Below, piece by piece: positions 57,115 through 64,000 of a DNA stretch of 64,000 bases (position 1 is the first letter of the stretch; every line of letters starts with the position of its first letter). Both the position numbers and the translations under genes were made by a program. The stretch is taken from positions 10,967-74,966 of the forward strand of contig DAOQAK010000002.1 of NCBI GenBank assembly GCA_035353855.1. Direction: 5' to 3'. Origin of the DNA: Bacteroidales bacterium (lineage in GTDB: Bacteria > Bacteroidota > Bacteroidia > Bacteroidales > CG2-30-32-10). The notes beneath the pieces are model-generated. The model ran no database searches. It saw only the letters and a list, made by a program, of their open reading frames with translations, and was not told the origin of the DNA.

Positions 57115-57591
57115 ATGATTGATAAAACAAAAATAGAACTTATTGTTTATGACTTTGATGGGGTGATGACAAACAATAAAGTATTGTTAACCGAAGATGG
57201 ACGAGAAGGAGTATATGTAAATAGATCCGATGGATTGGCAGTAAATATAATTAAACAGTACGGCATACCACAGATAATATTATCTTCAGAACAAAATAAA
57301 ATAGTAGAACTAAGGGCTAGAAAATTACAAATTCCAGTTATTGCAGGAGTTAAAAATAAAAAACAACAATTATTAAATTATTGTTCTGAAAAATCAATAA
57401 AACTTCAAAATGTGGTTTATATTGGAAACGATATTAATGATTTAGAAGCAATGAAGAATGTTGGTATTCCTATATGTCCTGAAGATGCTTGTATGGAAAT
57501 TAAAGCCATTTCAAAATTTATTATTCATGTTAATGGAGGGGATGGCGTTATTAGAAACTTTTTAGATTTAATAAAACATACTGATGGATAA
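57115..57591 (+). CDS. KdsC/YrbI-type HAD phosphatase (KDO8P/KDN9P phosphatase family)
   Basis: YDFDGVMT, DGLAV, YIGNDINDL, GGDGVIR. Confidence 0.85.
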   Translation: MIDKTKIELIVYDFDGVMTNNKVLLTEDGREGVYVNRSDGLAVNIIKQYGIPQIILSSEQNKIVELRARKLQIPVIAGVKNKKQQLLNYCSEKSIKLQNVVYIGNDINDLEAMKNVGIPICPEDACMEIKAISKFIIHVNGGDGVIRNFLDLIKHTDG

Positions 57592-58252
57592 AATAAAACA
57601 TATTGCTTTAATTCCTGCAAAATTGGATTCATCAAGATGTATTAACAAAAATTGGAGACCTTTTGTTAATGGTAAAAATCTTGTTGAATATACTATTGAT
57701 ATTGTAATAGACCTTTTTTTCAATAAGATAATAGTTTCAACAGATAATAATTTATTTCTATATTCTGATACTATACAAATCCATAACAGACCAGCATATC
57801 TGGCAACCAAAGAATCGCCTATTAATGATTTGATAGAAGTTATAATAAATGAAAATAGTTTTGGTGATGATGTTTATATTTGGTTGCTCAATCCAACATC
57901 ACCTTTCAGAATAAAAGAAGATTTTTATTCACTTAAAGAATTGATCGAAAAAAATAAATACGATGCTATTACTTCAGTTACAGAAGTAAATCCTTTTTTA
58001 TGGAAGAATGACAAACCATTATTTGATACATCATATCCAAGAAAAAATACTCAAGATTTTGATGAGAAATACGGTGTTGAAAATGGACAGTTTATTGTTT
58101 TTAGTATTAAGACTTTCAAAAAATCAAAATCGTGGTATTCTGAGAATATGTTTGTGTTCCATCAATCGAATTATATTTCGATGATTGATATTGATACAGA
58201 AAATGATTTTATTTTTGCACAAAATATAGGAGAAGTGCTAAATGAAAATTGA
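57584..58252 (+). CDS. CMP-nonulosonate synthetase (NeuA-like cytidylyltransferase)
   Basis: IALIPAKLDSSRCINKN, LLNPTSPFR, ENGQF, IDIDTENDF. Confidence 0.85.
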   Translation: MDKIKHIALIPAKLDSSRCINKNWRPFVNGKNLVEYTIDIVIDLFFNKIIVSTDNNLFLYSDTIQIHNRPAYLATKESPINDLIEVIINENSFGDDVYIWLLNPTSPFRIKEDFYSLKELIEKNKYDAITSVTEVNPFLWKNDKPLFDTSYPRKNTQDFDEKYGVENGQFIVFSIKTFKKSKSWYSENMFVFHQSNYISMIDIDTENDFIFAQNIGEVLNEN

Positions 58253-58880
58253 TACGCTAAAGAACGAAACGCTGTTAATTAATAAAATTATCAATGAGCC
58301 AATCAAGGAACATACACTTTTATTATTTAACCATTTTTATAGGTATGGTTTAGCGTGTAGAATTTTAGGTGTTAATAACAGCCATATTGTTTTTGATGCT
58401 TCGTGTGGTCGTGGTTATGGCTCTTATATTCTTTCTCAGAAAGCAAAAAAGGTTATTGGACTTGACATTAATAAAAATTATTTGAATGATGCAAAAAATA
58501 TGTTTCCTTCAGAAAAAATATGTTTTTTAAATTATAATGAACTTAAAAAAAATACTATAAATAAAGCCGATAAAATTGTTTGCATTGAAACGTATGAACA
58601 TATACCCAAAAAAGAAATTCAGAAATTTATTTTAAATTTAATTTCGCATTTAAAGGATAATGGTGATATGCTGATTACAATTCCCTTAGGCAATAACAAA
58701 CCAAGCGAATACAACGATTTTCATCTTAATGAACCCAGCATTGATGTTTTATTCAAGCAATTCTCGCCTTATTTTAATTCTATTTTTTTTGAAATAGATA
58801 ATTTCATTAATTCATTTGGGAAAAATGAAAAATTATGTTACCTTTTATTAAACAATTATATAAAAAGTAAAGTAAAATAA
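58242..58880 (+). CDS. Class I SAM-dependent methyltransferase
   Basis: FDASCGRGYG, IGLDI, VCIETYEHI, FHLNE. Confidence 0.8.
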   Translation: MKIDTLKNETLLINKIINEPIKEHTLLLFNHFYRYGLACRILGVNNSHIVFDASCGRGYGSYILSQKAKKVIGLDINKNYLNDAKNMFPSEKICFLNYNELKKNTINKADKIVCIETYEHIPKKEIQKFILNLISHLKDNGDMLITIPLGNNKPSEYNDFHLNEPSIDVLFKQFSPYFNSIFFEIDNFINSFGKNEKLCYLLLNNYIKSKVK

Positions 58881-58892
58881 AATATAAAAAGC

Positions 58893-59759
58893 ATGAATAG
58901 TAATAATAATAATTTCTATTTTAAAAATATTGATTCTGTTTATTTAATTGCAGAAATAGGTATTAATCATAATGGTAATATAGATTTTGTAAAAAAAATG
59001 ATTGATTATGCTTTGGTTTTTGGTTGGAATTGTGTAAAACTACAAAAACGAAATCCTGATAAATCCGTTCCCGAACATCAGAAAAATATAATAAAAGATA
59101 CTCCATGGGGTAAAATGACATACTTGGAATATAAACATAAGATGGAGTTTGATAAAAGTCAATATTCTGAAATAGAAAAATATTGCTCCGATAAAATAAA
59201 ATTTACTGCATCGGTATGGGATATAGAAAGTGTTGATTTTATGGATGATTTTGATGTCCCATTTATTAAAGTACCATCAGCTCATCTTACAAATGATGAT
59301 TTAATAAAATATATTTGTAAGAAAAAATTACCCGTCTTGCTTTCGACAGGGATGAGTACAACTGAAGAAGTTGACCATGCAGTTGAACTGATTACTAGTT
59401 TTACAGATAATTTTGCTCTTATGCATACCAATTCTTCATATCCTGCGCATGAAGAAGAATTAAATTTAAATGTGATAAAAACGTTTCAAGAGAGGTATAA
59501 ATGTGTTGTTGGATATAGCGGACATGAATTTGGTTTAGTGCCTACAACTACTTCTGTTGCATTAGGAGCTAAAATAATTGAACGTCATGTAACAATAGAT
59601 AGAACAATGTGGGGAACAGATCAAATTGCTTCTGTTGAACCACAAGGTATGCTTAAACTTGTTACACATATTAGGGCAATTGAAAAAGCACTAGGTGATG
59701 GGATTAAAAAAGTATATGATTCGGAATTACTTATAAGAAAAAAATTACGAGGATATTAA
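58893..59759 (+). CDS. NeuB-family nonulosonate synthase lacking the C-terminal SAF/antifreeze domain
   Basis: IAEIGINHNG, VKLQKR, LSTGMS, MHTNSSYP, GYSGHE, IERHVT; only 288 aa. Confidence 0.9.
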   Translation: MNSNNNNFYFKNIDSVYLIAEIGINHNGNIDFVKKMIDYALVFGWNCVKLQKRNPDKSVPEHQKNIIKDTPWGKMTYLEYKHKMEFDKSQYSEIEKYCSDKIKFTASVWDIESVDFMDDFDVPFIKVPSAHLTNDDLIKYICKKKLPVLLSTGMSTTEEVDHAVELITSFTDNFALMHTNSSYPAHEEELNLNVIKTFQERYKCVVGYSGHEFGLVPTTTSVALGAKIIERHVTIDRTMWGTDQIASVEPQGMLKLVTHIRAIEKALGDGIKKVYDSELLIRKKLRGY

Positions 59760-59764
59760 TTTCA

Positions 59765-60607
59765 TTGAAAATAATAAATTATATTATAAATATTATTAAG
59801 TATTCCTTGCCGTTTGGGATTCATTTACTTTATAACAAATATAAAGAAATTTATTTTTTTAAGCCAACGAAAGAAGAAAAAAAGATATTAAAAATTAATG
59901 CAAAATTTAAAGATATTCATAAAGGAGAAAGATGTTTTATTGTTTGTAGTGGGCCATCAATTAATAAACAAAATTTATTGCCATTGAAAAATGAAAAAAC
60001 TTTTTTTGTTTCAAGTGGATTTTTGCATCCAAACTATAATGAAATTAAACCTCTATATTTTTGCTTGCCTCCAAGTAATGATTTGTTAAATCAAGATAGG
60101 TATAATCGTTTTCGCAAAATGGAAGAAACTAGTAATAAAACCAATTTCTTTTTTAGTATAAGTGATAAAAAATATTTATATGATAATGATCTGTTTCTTA
60201 AAGATAAAGTAAATTATATTTATTTTGATATGCAAATGGATAATAAAAGAAAAGAAATATATGATTTAACGAAACAAATTCCAAGCGTACAATCGGTTCC
60301 AATAATGTGTTTAATGATAGCAATGTATATGGGATTTAAAGAGATATTTTTATTAGGAACCGAACATGATTCTTTTAAAGGTGAATACCGCCATTTTTAT
60401 GAGAATACTGAAATGACAGAAGATTGTGTTGTTAATAATAAGATAAGTTCTTTATATCTGGAACTAAAAAGTTGTGTATCTCTATGGGAGCAATATATGC
60501 ATCTTAAAAGAATCGCAGAGAATAACAATATTAAAATATTTAATGCAACAGAAGGCGGAGCTTTAGATGTGTTTCCTCGTGTAAAATTTGAATCATTATT
60601 TATATGA
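59765..60607 (+). CDS. DUF115/Maf-like (MptE-like fold) protein, candidate nonulosonate transferase
   Basis: GERCFIVCSGPSI, AMYMGFKEIFLLGTEH, IFNATEGGALDVFPR; TTG start. Confidence 0.65.
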   Translation: MKIINYIINIIKYSLPFGIHLLYNKYKEIYFFKPTKEEKKILKINAKFKDIHKGERCFIVCSGPSINKQNLLPLKNEKTFFVSSGFLHPNYNEIKPLYFCLPPSNDLLNQDRYNRFRKMEETSNKTNFFFSISDKKYLYDNDLFLKDKVNYIYFDMQMDNKRKEIYDLTKQIPSVQSVPIMCLMIAMYMGFKEIFLLGTEHDSFKGEYRHFYENTEMTEDCVVNNKISSLYLELKSCVSLWEQYMHLKRIAENNNIKIFNATEGGALDVFPRVKFESLFI

Positions 60608-61401
60608 TAAAATTTAAAGATTTTATTCCTCCTCTTTTTGTGAAAATATTAAAAAAAAATTTTATAAAAGAAAAATTACAATATGGTTTTCTTGGTAATT
60701 ATAATTCATGGGAAGAGGCAAAGAAAAATTGTACAGGATATGACTCGGATATTATTATAGAGAAAGTAAAAAATGCTGCATTCAAAGTAAAAAATGGCGA
60801 AGCAGTTTATGAAAGAGATTCTGTATTGTTTGATAAAATACAATACTCATATCCATTACTTACAGGTTTAATGTGGGTTGCGGCTCAGAATGGAGGGAAT
60901 TTAAATGCTCTTGATTTTGGTGGAGCTTTAGGAAGTACTTATTTTCAAAACAAACATTTTCTTAATTCATTAAATTGTGTTCAATGGAATATTGTAGAGC
61001 AAGAAAAATTTGTAGAAACAGGTAAATTATATTTTGAAGATGAACACCTGAAATTTTATCATTCAATTAGTGAATGCATAAATAAAAATAATATCGATAT
61101 TATAATTCTATCTGGAGTTATTCAATATTTGGAAACACCTGAAATATTTTTAAAAGAAGTTATCTCGTATGGATTTAAATTTATAATTATTGACCGGACA
61201 TTATTCAATAATGTTCATAGTGATACTTTAACAATACAGAAGGTTTCCCCTGAAATCTTTGATGCAAGCTATCCTTGTTGGTTTTTGGATAAAAATAAAT
61301 TTAAAGAAATTTTTAAAGAAAAATATGATTTGATTCTTGAGTTTGATGGATTTTGTGAAGGAAAAGGTTTTATTTTTAAAAAGAAAGATGAAAGAATTTA
61401 A
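60604..61401 (+). CDS. Putative methyltransferase, TIGR04325/LIC12133 type
   Basis: SWEEAKKNCTGYD, YERDSVLFD, LDFGGALGSTYFQ, WNIVEQ. Confidence 0.8.
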   Translation: MIKFKDFIPPLFVKILKKNFIKEKLQYGFLGNYNSWEEAKKNCTGYDSDIIIEKVKNAAFKVKNGEAVYERDSVLFDKIQYSYPLLTGLMWVAAQNGGNLNALDFGGALGSTYFQNKHFLNSLNCVQWNIVEQEKFVETGKLYFEDEHLKFYHSISECINKNNIDIIILSGVIQYLETPEIFLKEVISYGFKFIIIDRTLFNNVHSDTLTIQKVSPEIFDASYPCWFLDKNKFKEIFKEKYDLILEFDGFCEGKGFIFKKKDERI

Positions 61402-62380
61402 AAACATTTACATTGATATTACTAATACCTGCAATGCAAAATGTCCTTTTTGTATTACAGGAAAGCACAAACCAGCAATAAAAAAATATATTGAGCCGGA
61501 AGTTTTTGATAATATTCTTATTTCATTAATTCGTAATAAGTCTATAGTTGAGAGTTCGGTTATTTATCTTTACAATTGGGGTGAACCCTTTTTGCATCCT
61601 AAGTTATCTGAACTTATCAGTATTTTGAATAAACATAATTTACAATTTGGACTAAGTACAAATGGTTCTATTGAATTTAATTTTCCTGATAATTTTTGCA
61701 AAAATTTAGTTTTTTTTAAATTCTCCTTATCTGGTTTTTCACAAAATTCATATAATAAAATACATGGCTTTAATTTTGAAAAAACGCTTTTAAATATTGA
61801 AAGAATTATAAAAAATATTCAAAATGAAAACCCACAAACATATATCGAATTAAATTTCCATATATACCAGTTTAATATAAGTGAAATAGAGGCGTGTCGG
61901 GATTTTGCAAAAAAAATAAAAGTGCATTTTTATCCATGCCTTGCTATTTTAAATGATTGGGATAATTTGAATCTTTATATGGGTGGGGAGTTACCTTACA
62001 ATGATTTATTGGAAGTTTCTCAAAAATTACTTATGTATAATTTTAATGACCTTTTAAAAGCAAGCCCCTCTGATTATAAATGTCCACAATATGATTTACT
62101 TGTAATTGATGAAAGTGCAAATATTTCCGGATGTTGCCAATTACCAAAAGACAATAAAGAATATTCATGTGGAAATATTCTTACTGATGATTGGAATACA
62201 ATTTTAAAAAATAAAACATCAATGATGGTTTGTAGAAATTGCATAAAATCAGGACTTGCTTATTATATCCACAATTCAATGTTATCAATCGATTTCAGTA
62301 AAGATGATTTTTTAGAAAAAACAACCACTATTGATTTAATGAAAATAATAGCAAATCGTTTTAAACGAAAATTATTCTAA
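61388..62380 (+). CDS. Radical SAM protein with C-terminal SPASM/twitch-like cysteines
   Basis: CNAKCPFC, YNWGEPFLH, STNG; C-terminal CPQY...GCC...C...CRNC. Confidence 0.88.
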   Translation: MKEFKNIYIDITNTCNAKCPFCITGKHKPAIKKYIEPEVFDNILISLIRNKSIVESSVIYLYNWGEPFLHPKLSELISILNKHNLQFGLSTNGSIEFNFPDNFCKNLVFFKFSLSGFSQNSYNKIHGFNFEKTLLNIERIIKNIQNENPQTYIELNFHIYQFNISEIEACRDFAKKIKVHFYPCLAILNDWDNLNLYMGGELPYNDLLEVSQKLLMYNFNDLLKASPSDYKCPQYDLLVIDESANISGCCQLPKDNKEYSCGNILTDDWNTILKNKTSMMVCRNCIKSGLAYYIHNSMLSIDFSKDDFLEKTTTIDLMKIIANRFKRKLF

Positions 62381-63264
62381 TGAGTAAACTGCAATATTTG
62401 AACTTAGGTTGCGGGAATCATTTCCATCCTGATTGGAAAAATGTAGATTTTGTTTCGAATAACAAGAATGTTATTGCACATGATCTTTTAAACGGAATAC
62501 CTTTTCCCGATAATACCTTTGATGTGGTTTATCATTCACATGTTTTAGAACATTTTCCAAAGGCGAAAGCGGATTGTTTTATTAGCGAATGTTTTCGAGT
62601 GCTTAAAAATGGAGGCATATTGCGGGTTGTTGTACCCAACCTTGAAGTTATAGCCGAAGAATATTTAAAACAATTGAAAGATGCGCTGAATGGGGATGAA
62701 AGGGCAAGGTATAATTATGAATGGATGTTGCTTGAAATGTATGACCAAACTGTTAGGAATTATAGCGGAGGCGAAATGGGAAAATATTTATTTCAAAAAG
62801 AAATTAAAAATATTGATTATGTTTACAATCGAATAGGTATAGAAGGAAAAAATATACGTGAAAATTATTTAAAATCACTTAAAAAAACGGAAAATATAAA
62901 AACAACGATTTCGTATGAAAAAAGTATAAGTAAAAAAATAATGTATTATTTTAAACCTTTGACATATTTCAATTTCTTAAAAAGAAAATTACTTGCAAAA
63001 GAATGGAGACAGATTGAACAAGAACAAGAATTACTGAAACTCGCTAAATTTCGAACTTCCGGCGAAATACACCAGTGGATGTATGATAGGTATTCATTGA
63101 AAGAATTGTTAGAAAGAGAAAAATTTGTTAATGTTAAAATCAAAACAGCATTTGAAAGCGAGATAAAAGACTGGAATAGTTTTGAATTGGATGTAATAAA
63201 TAATGAAGTTAGAAAACCCGATTCATTATTTATAGAAGCAAAAAAAATTAATACGTATGCTTAA
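62380..63264 (+). CDS. Class I SAM-dependent methyltransferase (type 11-like)
   Basis: LNLGCG, YHSHVLEH, RVLKNGGILRVVVP, GEIHQWMYD. Confidence 0.85.
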   Translation: MSKLQYLNLGCGNHFHPDWKNVDFVSNNKNVIAHDLLNGIPFPDNTFDVVYHSHVLEHFPKAKADCFISECFRVLKNGGILRVVVPNLEVIAEEYLKQLKDALNGDERARYNYEWMLLEMYDQTVRNYSGGEMGKYLFQKEIKNIDYVYNRIGIEGKNIRENYLKSLKKTENIKTTISYEKSISKKIMYYFKPLTYFNFLKRKLLAKEWRQIEQEQELLKLAKFRTSGEIHQWMYDRYSLKELLEREKFVNVKIKTAFESEIKDWNSFELDVINNEVRKPDSLFIEAKKINTYA

Positions 63265-64000
63265 TTTTTGTACACTTTTCGATATTAATTATTTTTCACG
63301 AGGCATTGCAATGTATGAATCTTTAAAAAAACATTGCAATGATTTTCATTTATATATCTTCGCTTTTGATGAAACCAGTTTAGATATTTTAAATAAATTA
63401 AAGTTACCTAAAACAACAATAATTTCTTTATCAGAATTTGAGAACAATGAACTTTTAGAAATAAAGACAGAACGTAGTCGTGCTGAATATTGTTGGACAT
63501 GCACCCCCTCAACCATTTTTTTTTGTATTGAGCAGTATAAACTGGATCATTGTACGTACGTAGATGCAGATTTATATTTCTATAGTAATCCCAGAGTTCT
63601 TATTGATGAAATGGGGGATAAATCTGTTCTAATTACAGAACATAGGTATACACCCGAATACGACCAATCCTTAACCAGCGGAATATATTGTGTGCAGTTC
63701 ATCACGTTTAAAAACACTATTGATGGAATAACTGTATTAAAATGGTGGAAAAATGCCTGCATTGAATGGTGTTATGCTCGTTTTGAAAACGGAAAATTTG
63801 GCGATCAAAAATACCTTGATGATTGGACTACCAGATTTAATGATATTCATGTATTAATGAACGAAGGCGGTAGTTTAGCACCATGGAATATTCAGCAATA
63901 TAAAATTAAGTCAATAAACCCGTTCATCCTTAAAACCCTTAAAACAAAAGAAAAAATTAAACCAGTATTTTATCATTTTCATTACCTATCATTTTACTCA
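63257..64000 (+). CDS. GT-A fold glycosyltransferase (3'-partial; absent from the ORF track because it runs off the window)
   Basis: MLNFCTLFDINY, EYCWTCTP, YVDADLYF, FGDQKYLDDW, LAPWN, FYHFH; frame open to nt 64000. Confidence 0.85.
   Translation, partial: MLNFCTLFDINYFSRGIAMYESLKKHCNDFHLYIFAFDETSLDILNKLKLPKTTIISLSEFENNELLEIKTERSRAEYCWTCTPSTIFFCIEQYKLDHCTYVDADLYFYSNPRVLIDEMGDKSVLITEHRYTPEYDQSLTSGIYCVQFITFKNTIDGITVLKWWKNACIEWCYARFENGKFGDQKYLDDWTTRFNDIHVLMNEGGSLAPWNIQQYKIKSINPFILKTLKTKEKIKPVFYHFHYLSFYS

Noticed and set aside
626-63762. Short antisense or alternate-frame ORFs in the track (e.g. 626-1093, 8976-9464, 24838-25404, 26986-27426)
   Set aside because: They are shadows of well-supported genes on the other strand or frame, with no recognisable motifs.
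1-64000. IS transposase, prophage, tRNA or rRNA
   Set aside because: No DDE/HUH transposase, phage structural gene, cloverleaf or rRNA-like segment could be recognised.

Overview
AT-rich Bacteroidota (Bacteroidales-like) chromosomal window with no rRNA, tRNA, CRISPR or transposase that I can recognise. Core genes are gldM (5'-partial)-gldN, recG, pheT, rlpA, pepT, lolC/E-type permease-rbfA, lpxL-like, msbA-like, class II nrdJ and several two-component proteins. Secreted T9SS cargo includes a tandem Kgp-like plus Rgp-like C25 gingipain pair and two PKD-rich surface proteins. The gingipains are co-oriented with an OPT transporter and pepT, a run interrupted by a lone Y-family polymerase, a RelE/ParE toxin-antitoxin pair and a GxxExxY nuclease gene. 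From 55.8 kb an ABC-exported glycan locus begins: wzt without an adjacent wzm, a KDN-type nonulosonate trio, methyltransferases, a radical SAM protein and a 3'-partial glycosyltransferase. The least explained signal is non-coding. A GxxExxY gene is bracketed exactly by two 40-bp inverted arms built of 9-11 nt periodic motifs, with related gene-less motifs elsewhere. A mosaic of 7-, 8- and 10-nt tandem repeats plus five ~95-bp hairpin units, including a 219-bp direct repeat around a DUF6922/AbiEii module, surrounds a 1785-aa gene that itself carries a 665-bp identical internal duplication.
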